From assembly GCA_965217185.1 (NCBI GenBank), contig OZ244252.1, forward strand, positions 768,001-832,000: a stretch of DNA of 64,000 bases, given 5' to 3'. Below, piece after piece: positions 31,015-40,567 of the stretch; the stretch's first letter is position 1, and each line of letters opens with the position of its first letter. The notes below the pieces were generated by a model, which was not told where the DNA came from, did no database searches, and saw only the letters and a list, made by a program, of their open reading frames with translations. Both the position numbers and the translations under genes were made by a program. This stretch comes from an uncultured Candidatus Entotheonella sp. GTDB taxonomy: Bacteria > Tectomicrobia > Entotheonellia > Entotheonellales > Entotheonellaceae.

Positions 31015-33987
31015 GTGCAGAACGTGAGGATTCTGATTGTAAGCCCGCGTCCGCAGATGCGAGACGTGCGCGGTGAGACCCTGTTGCGCAGCCTGCGGGA
31101 GGATGCCCATCTTGCCGTCGAGCGGGTGAGAACGGCGGCCCTGTATACCATTCGTTCGCCGCGCTCCGTCGAAGAGTTGGAATCCGCCCGACGGGCGCTC
31201 TTTACGGACGCCGTAGTCGAGGAGTCGCGCTGGGACCAGCAGCCTCCGGTGCCGTGCCGGTGGATCGTGCAGGTCGCCATGCTGCCCGGGGTGACGGACA
31301 ACGTCGGCCGAACGGCGTCGCGGGCCCTGGAAGATATGCTTGCTCGCCCGCTTGAGGGCGAGGTCTATACCTCATCGCTCTACCTGATTGACGGCGATCT
31401 GCAGCGTGATGAGGTCGAACGTGCGGTGCGGGATTTACTCGCCAACCCCTTGGTGCACCAATGGCGCATCACCGCAGCGGCCGATTGGCAGGACGCCCCC
31501 GAGGCATTCCTGCCGCCGCCGATTGCTGGCGCCGACCATCCACCGCACGTCGCCTCCATAACGCTGGACCTGGACGACGACGCTCTGCTGCGCCTCAGCC
31601 AGGAGGGGCTGCTGGCCCTGAATCTGGCCGAGATGAAGGCCATTCAGGCGTACTTTCGTGATCCGCAACGCCGCGCCAGGCGGCAAGCCTACGGACTCAG
31701 CCCTGCGCCCACGGACGTCGAGCTCGAAACACTGGCGCAAACCTGGTCGGAGCACTGCAAGCACAAAATTTTCCAGAGCACTATCGACTATCAGGACGAG
31801 CACGGGACACATACCACGATCCGCAGCCTTTTCAAGAGCTACATCGTGCGCGCCACCGAGGAAATCGGCCAGCGGGTTGACTGGCTGCGTTCGGTTTTCC
31901 ACGACAACGCCGGGGTCATTGCGTTCAACGAGGAGTGGAACCTGGCAATGAAGGTGGAGACGCACAACACGCCGTCCGCCCTGGACCCGTATGGCGGGGC
32001 GATCACCGGCATCCTGGGCGTCAATCGAGACCCGTTCGGCACCGGCATGGGGTGCAGGTTGCTGTTCAACACGGATGTATTGTGCTTCGCGCCTCCCGAC
32101 TATTCACAGCCCTTGCCGGGGCGCTTGCTGCACCCCAAGCGCATCTTCGAGGGTGTGCATCGCGGCATCAAGGACGGCGCCAATCAGAGCGGCATCCCCG
32201 ACGTCAACGGCGCGGTGGTTTTCGACGAGCGTTTTTCCGGCAAACCCCTGGTCTTCTGCGGCACCGGTGGGCTGATGCCGGCCCGTATCGGCGGCGAACC
32301 GGCCCACCTCAAGACGGCCCACGCCGGGGATTACGTGGTGATGGTCGGCGGCCGCATCGGTAAGGACGGCATCCACGGCGCGACGTTTTCGTCCGTTGAG
32401 CTGGACGAGGCGTCCCCGGCCTCAGCCGTGCAGATCGGCGATGCCATTACGCAGAAAAACATGTTCGACATGCTGCTTGAAGCACGCGATCGGCAGTTAT
32501 ACAGCTGCATTACCGACAACGGCGCCGGCGGCTTGTCGTCCTCGGTGGGTGAAATGGCCCAGTTCAGCAACGGCTGCGAGCTACACTTGGAGCGGGCGCC
32601 GCTGAAGTATCCGGGCCTTGATCCTTGGGAGATTCTGGTTTCGGAATCCCAGGAGCGCATGACCGTTGCCGTGCCGCCGTCGCGGCTCGAAGCGTTTCTG
32701 GCGCTGTCGGCGCGCCGTGAGGTGGAAGCGGCGGTTCTGGGCACGTTCACCGATACGGGCCTGTTTCACGTGCGTTACGATGGCGATACCGTCGCCCTGC
32801 TGGAGATGGCGTTTCTGCACGACGGGCTGCCGGAAATGCGCCTCCCGGCTCGCTGGCGGCCCCCCCGCTTTGACGAGCCGGCGTTTGCCTGTCCCGCCGA
32901 CCTGACGGCGGCGCTGCTGCAACTGTTGGGCCGGCTTAACATCTGCAGCAAAGAATGGGTGATTCGCCAGTACGATCACGAGGTGCAGGGCACCAGCGTC
33001 GTCAAGCCGCTTGTCGGCGCGCAAAATGACGGTCCCAGCGACGCCGCTGTCCTGCGTCCGTTGCCAGATTCGATGGAAGGGGTGATCGTGGCCAACGGCA
33101 TCTGCCCGCGCTATAGCGACATCGACACCTATCACATGGCCGCCAACGCGATTGATGAAGCTATCCGCAACGTCATTGCCGTGGGCGGGCGGCTCAGCCA
33201 CGTCGCCGGCCTGGACAATTTCTGCTGGCCCGACCCGGTGCTCAGCCCCGGCACGCCGGACGGCCCTTACAAGCTGGCGCAGTTGGTGCGCGCGAACCAA
33301 GCGCTCTACGACTGCTGCACGGCCTACGGGGTGCCGTGCATCTCCGGCAAGGACAGCATGAAGAACGACTACCACGTCGGCGATATTAAAATCTCCGTGC
33401 CGCCAACGCTGCTGTTCTCCGTCATTGCCCGCATGCCGGACGTGCGGCGGGCTGTGACGATGGACGCCAAGCAGGCGGGTGATCTGGTGTTCGGGGTAGG
33501 GGAGACACGGGACGAACTGGGGGGTTCGGAGTACTACGCCATGCACGGCGCCGTCGGCAACTGCGTGCCACGTGTTGACACGCAGCGTGCCCGCACCCTC
33601 TACGACGCGCTGGCCGACGCCATGCAGCGCGGCTTGGTGAACGCCTGCCACGACTGCTCGGACGGCGGGTTTGCCGTGGCCGCCGCCGAGATGGCCTTTG
33701 CGGGCGGTTTGGGCATGCGCCTCGACCTGCGTGCCATGCCGCGCGCGGCCGACGTGACCCGTGACGACACCCTGCTGTTTTCGGAAACGGCCAGCCGCTT
33801 CGTGGTGACCGTCCCAGCCGCCCATGGCGAGGCGTTCCGAGACCTGATGCCCGCCGGCTCGTGCGGCAAAATCGGTGTGGTGCATGACGGCCCCGAGTTT
33901 GTGGTCACGGGCTTGGGGGGTGAGGTCGTCATTGCCAGCCGGATTGACGAGTTGAAGGCGGTTTGGCAGCGACCGCTTGCTTGGTGA
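31015..33987 (+). CDS. purL: FGAM synthase synthetase subunit with N-terminal PurS-like region
   Basis: WSEHCKHK, KVETHN, DNGAGG, SESQERM, HDCSDGG; no glutaminase domain. Confidence 0.93.
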   Translation: MQNVRILIVSPRPQMRDVRGETLLRSLREDAHLAVERVRTAALYTIRSPRSVEELESARRALFTDAVVEESRWDQQPPVPCRWIVQVAMLPGVTDNVGRTASRALEDMLARPLEGEVYTSSLYLIDGDLQRDEVERAVRDLLANPLVHQWRITAAADWQDAPEAFLPPPIAGADHPPHVASITLDLDDDALLRLSQEGLLALNLAEMKAIQAYFRDPQRRARRQAYGLSPAPTDVELETLAQTWSEHCKHKIFQSTIDYQDEHGTHTTIRSLFKSYIVRATEEIGQRVDWLRSVFHDNAGVIAFNEEWNLAMKVETHNTPSALDPYGGAITGILGVNRDPFGTGMGCRLLFNTDVLCFAPPDYSQPLPGRLLHPKRIFEGVHRGIKDGANQSGIPDVNGAVVFDERFSGKPLVFCGTGGLMPARIGGEPAHLKTAHAGDYVVMVGGRIGKDGIHGATFSSVELDEASPASAVQIGDAITQKNMFDMLLEARDRQLYSCITDNGAGGLSSSVGEMAQFSNGCELHLERAPLKYPGLDPWEILVSESQERMTVAVPPSRLEAFLALSARREVEAAVLGTFTDTGLFHVRYDGDTVALLEMAFLHDGLPEMRLPARWRPPRFDEPAFACPADLTAALLQLLGRLNICSKEWVIRQYDHEVQGTSVVKPLVGAQNDGPSDAAVLRPLPDSMEGVIVANGICPRYSDIDTYHMAANAIDEAIRNVIAVGGRLSHVAGLDNFCWPDPVLSPGTPDGPYKLAQLVRANQALYDCCTAYGVPCISGKDSMKNDYHVGDIKISVPPTLLFSVIARMPDVRRAVTMDAKQAGDLVFGVGETRDELGGSEYYAMHGAVGNCVPRVDTQRARTLYDALADAMQRGLVNACHDCSDGGFAVAAAEMAFAGGLGMRLDLRAMPRAADVTRDDTLLFSETASRFVVTVPAAHGEAFRDLMPAGSCGKIGVVHDGPEFVVTGLGGEVVIASRIDELKAVWQRPLAW

Positions 33988-34177
33988 GTAGGGCTTCCCG
34001 GACGTTTCCTCCAGCCCGGTGCTTGGCGGTATCGTGTATACTGCCAGCCGCGCCCGATCTTATATGAAGACGTGACGCTGACACCTCGTATTGACCACCT
34101 ATCTGGACTATCCCTAAACAAGTTGTTTGGCTTGAGACCTGGAAGGGCAGACTCTGCCACGAAGAAAGGCAAGCTCA

Positions 34178-35278
34178 GTGGCACAGACGGTAACCCCACC
34201 GAGTAGAGTGGATGAATTCGAAGATCCCAAGAACCTCAAGCTGGATCTGAGGAATCCCCGCTCCCCCGACGGCGGCTTTGATAGCGAAGAAGATGTCATG
34301 GACTATCTGGTCGATCATGCCGACGTTGATGAGTTGATCCAAGCGATCCTCAGTTCCGGCTGGCACGACTACGAAGCCCTGATCGTGCTGGGCGATGAGA
34401 ATATCGTTCTCGAAGGCAATCGTCGTCTGGCAGCGTTGCGCATATTGGCTGACACCGAATTGCGGCAGCGCCTGAAAATCGAGCTCAACGAAGCAGTAGG
34501 ACCGGCCACTCTGCCGGATGCGGTGCGCATTCGCCGTGTGCCTTCCAGACGTGACGCCCGCGATTACATTGGATTCAAGCACATCAACGGCCCATTCAAA
34601 TGGGACGCTCTGTCAAAAGCGAAGTACGCAGCCGAGTGGTATGAAGATGGCGGCGACATCCAGCAGATCAGCCGTCGCTTGGGTGATCGGCACAACACGG
34701 TTGTTCGTCTGGTGAACGGCTGGAACGTGCTGAAACAAAGTCTGGCCCATGGTTTCGATCTGAAAAAGACGACGAAGAAATCGTTTCCGTTTTCCCATCT
34801 ATACACGGGACTGAGCCGACCCAACGTTCGCCGATTTCTTGGCCTGTCGACCGACGATGTGTCGGCGGTGCTGCCTGCCAATCCGGTACCAGAAGAACAC
34901 CTGGATAATCTACAGGCTTTCATGTCGTGGCTTTATGGCCAGGGCGGCGAGCCGTCGGTGATCAAGAGCCAGAATCCGGATTTGAACCGCTTGGTTGAAG
35001 TTCTTGGCAACGAATCGGCCCGTATCATGCTGGAGGCCAGCCGCGACCTTGATGCCGCTTATGATCTGGTTGAAGACAAAGGGCTCAAATTCAGCGAAGC
35101 GCTGATGAACACGATCAGGCAGGCTGAGGATGCGCTCCGGCTGGTGGGGAATTACGACGGTCGGGCTGATCTGATGGGTGCCGGCGATAATCTTCGCCGC
35201 ACAGTTTTGTCACTCCATAGCGTCATGCGCCATGCCAAGGAGGTCGCCGATGCCGGGGATGAGGCCGATGCCGGTTAA
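34178..35278 (+). CDS. ParB/Srx-like N-terminal domain protein
   Basis: LDLRNPR..LIQAILSSG..EALIV..VLEGNRRLAAL pattern, then an HTH-like IQQISRRLG segment. Confidence 0.75.
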   Translation: MAQTVTPPSRVDEFEDPKNLKLDLRNPRSPDGGFDSEEDVMDYLVDHADVDELIQAILSSGWHDYEALIVLGDENIVLEGNRRLAALRILADTELRQRLKIELNEAVGPATLPDAVRIRRVPSRRDARDYIGFKHINGPFKWDALSKAKYAAEWYEDGGDIQQISRRLGDRHNTVVRLVNGWNVLKQSLAHGFDLKKTTKKSFPFSHLYTGLSRPNVRRFLGLSTDDVSAVLPANPVPEEHLDNLQAFMSWLYGQGGEPSVIKSQNPDLNRLVEVLGNESARIMLEASRDLDAAYDLVEDKGLKFSEALMNTIRQAEDALRLVGNYDGRADLMGAGDNLRRTVLSLHSVMRHAKEVADAGDEADAG

Positions 35279-36317
35279 CCCCCCGCTACCGCAAGATACC
35301 CGTAGCCGCCTCGCTGATTGGTTGGAGCTCGAAACGCTGGTGCGTCCACGTGGAGTGGCGACGAGAAGTGACGTCCTGCGGCTTTACGACTTCATCGAGG
35401 ATGATGGTCACGAATTGGAAATCGACGAGGTGACCGGCGAAGAGTTGGAACCCGAAGTCCTTGAGCATGGTCGATCAGAATGCGCCGACGAGGTTCTGGC
35501 CGAGATCGAGCATCGCGTTCAGATCCTCGATGCCGACTACCCATTCGACTTTGATCTAGAACGACAGCAGTGGCGTTTGTCGCTTGCTTCGCCTGCACAA
35601 GACGCGCGCATTCGCGCCGCTCGCACATGTTACCTCTTCTGTTTACTGACCAGTGCGGTACGAGACGGTCGCATCAGCGGGAATACAGCTGGCATACAGC
35701 AACCTATGGCAAACCATTTCCAGGCCATCGCCACGAATGCAGCGGCTGGCGTTCTGAATGGCGAGGCTATCTCCTTTGGCTTTCCGCGTCCGTCAGGGAC
35801 GGGTTTCCGGGCTGCATTAGCAGAGGCCAGCCTGCAGATGCGCCTCGGCACACCGCTTGAGACCTCACCGCTTCATTCCAACGGGCAAGAGAAGGACGCC
35901 GGCATCGACGTTATCGCTTGGCGGGATTTTCGTGACGGTAGACCATCAAAGTTGGTGCTACTGGGGCAAGTCGCGTCGGGATACAATTGGAAGGAAAAGA
36001 GCGTAAAGGCCGACACGTATCGCTTCTTTGAGTGGTTCAGTCAACGACCCACCGAACACTACATTCCATCGATTTTCATTCCATTTCCGCTGCACCATGA
36101 ATGCGAGGCTAAGCCGGGGGTCACGTTTGAGGACGTCGCAGTTGACAATGCCTACCATATTGAACGCGGCTTCGGGATCATCGTCGATCGTCTGCGGATC
36201 GTAGAGACAGCGGCCGTCGGATTGGCCGAGACGCATGACGGTGTCAGCAACTCAACGCTCAGTTCCCTGGAAGCCTGGACGGAAGAGGTGCTACGTCTCG
36301 CGCGAGAATGGGTATGA
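35250..36317 (+). CDS. hypothetical protein, probable PD-(D/E)XK restriction-endonuclease fold
   Basis: KDAGIDVIAW..LLGQVASG.NW resembles D-x(n)-Q-x-K type REase sites; overlaps both neighbours; start is 35250 or 35268. Confidence 0.6.
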   Translation: MPGMRPMPVNPPLPQDTRSRLADWLELETLVRPRGVATRSDVLRLYDFIEDDGHELEIDEVTGEELEPEVLEHGRSECADEVLAEIEHRVQILDADYPFDFDLERQQWRLSLASPAQDARIRAARTCYLFCLLTSAVRDGRISGNTAGIQQPMANHFQAIATNAAAGVLNGEAISFGFPRPSGTGFRAALAEASLQMRLGTPLETSPLHSNGQEKDAGIDVIAWRDFRDGRPSKLVLLGQVASGYNWKEKSVKADTYRFFEWFSQRPTEHYIPSIFIPFPLHHECEAKPGVTFEDVAVDNAYHIERGFGIIVDRLRIVETAAVGLAETHDGVSNSTLSSLEAWTEEVLRLAREWV

Positions 36318-37222
36318 CAGGCCGCCATCCACGCCAAACCGAAGAGGGTGGACATTCTCCTGGTACCTCCTTTCCTGGCTCCGCCATCCTTGCGGCCAAT
36401 GTTGCTTCAGTTCCGCAGCGCAGTCCGTTACGCTATCCGGGCGGCAAGACGTGGCTGATTCCGCACATTCGGGCGTGGCTGGGTCGCACACCGCCGCATC
36501 CGCTGATCGTTGAGCCATTCGCCGGCGGTGGCATCGTGTCGCTGACGGCCGTCATGGAGCGTCTGGTCGAGCGGGCGCTTATGGTCGACCTCGACCGCGA
36601 CATCGCGGCTTTCTGGCGAGCGGCGTTATACCACGGTCCCCGCCTCGCCGAGCGTATTCAATGTTTCACACCGAGTCGCGATCAGATTGAAGAGCTGGCG
36701 TGCCAGGCGCCGCACGATGTGATCGAGCACGGCTTCCGCACCCTGGTGCTGAACCGTACTAGGCGCGGAGGCGTGATGGCGCCAGGCGCAGCATTGATCA
36801 GGCAAGGCGAGAACGGCCATGGCGTGGCGTCGCGTTGGTATCCCGATACGATTAGGAAGCGTCTTGCCGAAATTACAACCCATGCAGACCGCATCACCTT
36901 CTGCGAGGCTGATGGGGTACGTCTGCTCGAAGACGTGGCGTTGCATCGTTCGGATGCGTGTTTCTTCATTGATCCGCCCTACACGGCAGGCGGTAAGCGG
37001 GCCGGATCGCGGCTCTACGCGCATAACACGGTGGATCACGCCAAGCTGTTCGAGTTGATGGCCTCAAGCCGCGCCGACTTCCTGATGACCTACGACTGCT
37101 CGGAGGAGATCGTTTCGCTCGTGCGTGCCTATGACTTCCATGCGGCGGTCGTTGTCATGAAAAACAGCCACCACGCTCGGATGCCCGAACTGGTCATCAC
37201 GCGCGATCGGATGTTTACATGA
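36314..37222 (+). CDS. Dam-like (D12, alpha-class) DNA amino-methyltransferase
   Basis: SPLRYPGGK, EPFAGGG (motif I), FIDPPY (motif IV). Confidence 0.9.
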   Translation: MTGRHPRQTEEGGHSPGTSFPGSAILAANVASVPQRSPLRYPGGKTWLIPHIRAWLGRTPPHPLIVEPFAGGGIVSLTAVMERLVERALMVDLDRDIAAFWRAALYHGPRLAERIQCFTPSRDQIEELACQAPHDVIEHGFRTLVLNRTRRGGVMAPGAALIRQGENGHGVASRWYPDTIRKRLAEITTHADRITFCEADGVRLLEDVALHRSDACFFIDPPYTAGGKRAGSRLYAHNTVDHAKLFELMASSRADFLMTYDCSEEIVSLVRAYDFHAAVVVMKNSHHARMPELVITRDRMFT

Positions 37223-38079
37223 GCCGCTACGGCATCGCGGAGTGGTACGGTCATCCTTTTCTCGACCTGTTGCCGCACGACCGGCGACGATTCTCGGAAG
37301 TGGCGCTAACCGGCCAAGCACCGCCGCCGTGTCCTTTCCGGCAGATGCCCTGTAACAAGAGAGGCGGTGTTTGCAGCATCCAGCCATACGAGCCGGACGG
37401 CGACCACATCAGTCATGCGGCGGGCCATCCGGTGATTGTCTGTCCGGTCAGGTTTGAACAGCAACAAATACTGATCAAGTGGCTGGCTGAGGTGGTAGGG
37501 TTTTCGCCGGAAACTACGCTCGTAGCGCGGGAAATCCCGTTCATGCTTGGGACAAAAACCCGAAAGCCGGCTGGCAAAATCGATCTGATTGTCGCGCAGG
37601 ATCAGCACGTTTTGACGTGGTTTGGGCTTGAGATTCAGGCTGTCTACTTCTCAGGTCCGGGTATGGATGTCGAATTTGAGGCATTACGAGACAGGGCAGG
37701 TGTGGCGGACCGGCCACCATTTCCGCGCCGCATACGCCGTCCGGACTGGCGATCATCCAGCGCAAAGCGTCTGGCGCCGCAGCTCCAGATCAAGGGGCCA
37801 ACGCTTCGCCGGTGGCATTCCAAGATCGCGGTTGCAGTCGATAAACCGTTCTTTGCCTCTATTGGCGGGCCTTCAGACACGCCGAGTCATGACCTTGATT
37901 CCGGCGATGTGATCTGGTTGGTGCCGGAGTTATCAGGCAATCGGCTCGAACGCGGGCATTGGGAGGTCTTAACGCTGGAAGCGTCAACGGAGAAACTTCT
38001 ATCCGCCAAGGCGATTCCGCGGCAGGAATTCGAGCAGGCCCTGCGCAGAAAGCTGACACCTCTCACGGAAACACCGTGA
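37219..38079 (+). CDS. NotI-family restriction endonuclease
   Basis: Cys4 pattern CPF..CNK.GGVCS..CPVRF, IDL..LEIQAVYFSG, RPDWRSS..KRL.PQL..KG. Confidence 0.8.
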   Translation: MSRYGIAEWYGHPFLDLLPHDRRRFSEVALTGQAPPPCPFRQMPCNKRGGVCSIQPYEPDGDHISHAAGHPVIVCPVRFEQQQILIKWLAEVVGFSPETTLVAREIPFMLGTKTRKPAGKIDLIVAQDQHVLTWFGLEIQAVYFSGPGMDVEFEALRDRAGVADRPPFPRRIRRPDWRSSSAKRLAPQLQIKGPTLRRWHSKIAVAVDKPFFASIGGPSDTPSHDLDSGDVIWLVPELSGNRLERGHWEVLTLEASTEKLLSAKAIPRQEFEQALRRKLTPLTETP

Positions 38080-38125
38080 CACCGCAGACTTCCCCATAAA
38101 AGCGGACAGCTTTTCAAATCCCCCC

Positions 38126-39397
38126 TCAGAACGGCAGCAGGCTGCCGTCCGCCGCGAACGCCAATGGTTCCGCCTCACCGGCCGGCATCAGGTCCTGCCG
38201 CTTCGATACTTCCTCCAGGAAGGCTTCCGACACGTCCACTTCGGTCAGGTGCAGGGTGTTCTTGATGCGTATGACGCGGGCATCCTCGATGCGGTCCAGG
38301 CCGAGGCAGGCCAGGGCTACGCCGATGGCTTCCTGCGCCGTGTCCAGCACCGGCGGCAGCTTGCCGCCGCCCGGTGAGCAGGCGGTCAGGTTGTTGATGT
38401 AGGTGGGCTCCCAATTGACCGCATCTGCCAGTTGGCGCGTGGTGAAGTCGGCGTTGCCGATGCCGGTGGCGTTGCCGTAGCTGTTCGGCGTCAGGCCGCA
38501 CACGGCGATGAAGGTGATTTTGGGATTGGTGAACGGGCGCTCGAAAAACGTCGTATGCCGGCCGATGACGTTGGTATCCATCCCCGACCCGGAGATGTCC
38601 TTGCCCATTTCGTCGACGATCAGCAGGTCGATGGGATCGAACGGCAGCTTGGCCATCCATGTCTTGGCCTGGCGCAGCAATTCTCGTTCTCCCGCCTCGA
38701 GATCACCCGGCAGGAAGGCGCGGGTGAGCGCGGTCTCGTCGTAGCCGTTCTCGACGACCCCAAGCCCGAAGGCGATGCGGGCGCAGTTCAGCATCTCGCG
38801 GCCCAGCGCGGTGATCATGGTTTCGTAGCCCAGCCGGATATTGGCGCGATGCGCCTGGACCGCGCCGCGGTGCTTGCCCATGCCGATGGTCATCATCTTG
38901 AACATCCCCGAGCCGATCTCGCCCGTAAAGCCGGTATGCGGCTTCACCCGATTGATCACACCAATCCAGTCCGCCTCGGCGGCGTAGCGGTCCAACCAGA
39001 TGGGCAGGCCGAGCACCTCGCCGATCTGTTCCACCTCCATCGTCGATTTGACGGGGCAGCCCATGCTCCCCTCGGTGACGCCGTAGTGCGCCAGAACCGC
39101 GGCTTGCCCCTCGGCGGTGCCGCCGCCATGGCTGCCCATGGCGGGAATGATGAACGGCTCGGCGCCCAGCGACTGCAGATATTGCACGGTCGCCCGCACG
39201 ATGGTGTCGATATTCACGACGCCCCGGCTGCCGACGGTCAAGGCGACGGATTGCCCTGGCTTCACGGGTAGAGCCATGTTGGAAAGGGTCTCTTGAACGG
39301 AAGCGGCCACGTCGGGGAGTTGGGGGCCGCCGAATTGTTGCTTCACCCGCAGCATGCGGGGAAACGTGGATGCGCGTGGAACACCAGTCAGTTGCAT
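38126..39397 (-). CDS. LarA/DUF2088-like (nickel-pincer-dependent isomerase-like) protein
   Basis: GSRG, PAMGSHGG, NRVKPHT, GKDISGSGMDTN. Confidence 0.75.
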   Translation of the reverse strand: MQLTGVPRASTFPRMLRVKQQFGGPQLPDVAASVQETLSNMALPVKPGQSVALTVGSRGVVNIDTIVRATVQYLQSLGAEPFIIPAMGSHGGGTAEGQAAVLAHYGVTEGSMGCPVKSTMEVEQIGEVLGLPIWLDRYAAEADWIGVINRVKPHTGFTGEIGSGMFKMMTIGMGKHRGAVQAHRANIRLGYETMITALGREMLNCARIAFGLGVVENGYDETALTRAFLPGDLEAGERELLRQAKTWMAKLPFDPIDLLIVDEMGKDISGSGMDTNVIGRHTTFFERPFTNPKITFIAVCGLTPNSYGNATGIGNADFTTRQLADAVNWEPTYINNLTACSPGGGKLPPVLDTAQEAIGVALACLGLDRIEDARVIRIKNTLHLTEVDVSEAFLEEVSKRQDLMPAGEAEPLAFAADGSLLPF

Positions 39398-39453
39398 GGG
39401 ATCACCTCTTTCGGAGTTTCAGGATCGGGGTTAACGTGTTTGAAGGCGCCGCG

Positions 39454-40527
39454 TCATGCCGTGGAACTCAGCGCCGGGATAACCTTCTCGCCGAACAGGC
39501 GCATGGACGCCATGACCCGGTCATGCGCCATGTCGCCAAAACTCATCTGGCACAAGACGTGCCGAGCACCGGCGTCGCGCAGGGCCGCGAGTTGCTCCTG
39601 TACGCGGGCCGGGGAGCCATACACCGAACCCGTTTCCAGCACGTGGGGCACGGCGTCGTCGTTCGACACGGCTGGATTCGACCATGGATTGAGCATCGCG
39701 GGTTCCACCTGGAAGTCGTCCGGATTGTAGGCGGAGCGGACATGCATCATGTGGTTGCGGCTTTGGCCCAGCATGTCGGCGAGTTCGTCCTCGGCCTGCG
39801 CATCGCTGTCGGCGACGTGCACATTGCGCCACACCGCGGCCTGTTGCAGCAGGTTCCGCCTTGTCTCGGGACCGTGCCCGCCTTCTTCCAACCCTTCCTC
39901 GTACAGTTTCCAGCGCTCCGCAACGTGCTCCAGCGACAGGCGAGCTGCCAGAATCGGCACCCCCAGACGCCCGCATTCGGTGAACGAGGTTGGCGACACA
40001 ACGCTGCGCCAGAGCGGCGGGTAGGGGCGTTGGAAGGGGCGCGGTCGGAGTTCGGGCAAGTGGAATTGGTAAAAGTTCCCATCGTAGGAACAGGGGGCTT
40101 CCGTCCAGGCGCGCGTCAGGATGTCGATTGCTTCCTCCATGCGCGGTCGGCTGTCATCGCTGCGCAGGCCGTAGCCCACAAACTCGTATTCGTTGTAAAT
40201 CGTGCCGCGCCCGACGCCGACGTCCAGGCGGCCCTTGCTCAGATTATCGAGTAGGGAAAGCTGCACGGCGAGGCGCACGGGATGGTGCAGCGCCATCTGG
40301 AGCACGGCAAAGCCGATTCGCACCCGCGTGGTGCGCATGGCCAGCGCCGAGGCGAAGATGAGCGGATCGTTGTAGACGCTTTCGCCCGTAAAGTAATGCT
40401 CGGTGAGCCACACGTCATCGAAACCCGCCGCTTCAGCGTAGCAAGCCTGGGCAAGCTGCTGATCAATGCGCGCGGCATCCTCTTCCGGTGATGGCGAAAG
40501 CGATAGGGTCAACCAACCGAACTGCAC
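39454..40527 (-). CDS. LLM-class flavin-dependent oxidoreductase
   Basis: WLTEHYF, HHPVRLA, GRLDVGVGRG; GTG start after GGAG. Confidence 0.88.
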   Translation of the reverse strand: MQFGWLTLSLSPSPEEDAARIDQQLAQACYAEAAGFDDVWLTEHYFTGESVYNDPLIFASALAMRTTRVRIGFAVLQMALHHPVRLAVQLSLLDNLSKGRLDVGVGRGTIYNEYEFVGYGLRSDDSRPRMEEAIDILTRAWTEAPCSYDGNFYQFHLPELRPRPFQRPYPPLWRSVVSPTSFTECGRLGVPILAARLSLEHVAERWKLYEEGLEEGGHGPETRRNLLQQAAVWRNVHVADSDAQAEDELADMLGQSRNHMMHVRSAYNPDDFQVEPAMLNPWSNPAVSNDDAVPHVLETGSVYGSPARVQEQLAALRDAGARHVLCQMSFGDMAHDRVMASMRLFGEKVIPALSSTA

Positions 40528-40567
40528 GTGTTTCTCCTGTTTTCGTGTGCCGCGCATCTGGGATGCG

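Noticed and set aside
33988..34177. att site or tRNA-end duplication at the left border of the accessory block
   Set aside because: No convincing match to the tRNA-Val or tRNA-Ala 3' ends and no flanking direct repeat seen by eye; no integrase
34178..35278. Chromosome or plasmid partition ParB
   Set aside because: No parA nearby, divergent C-terminus, and coupling to nuclease and MTase genes
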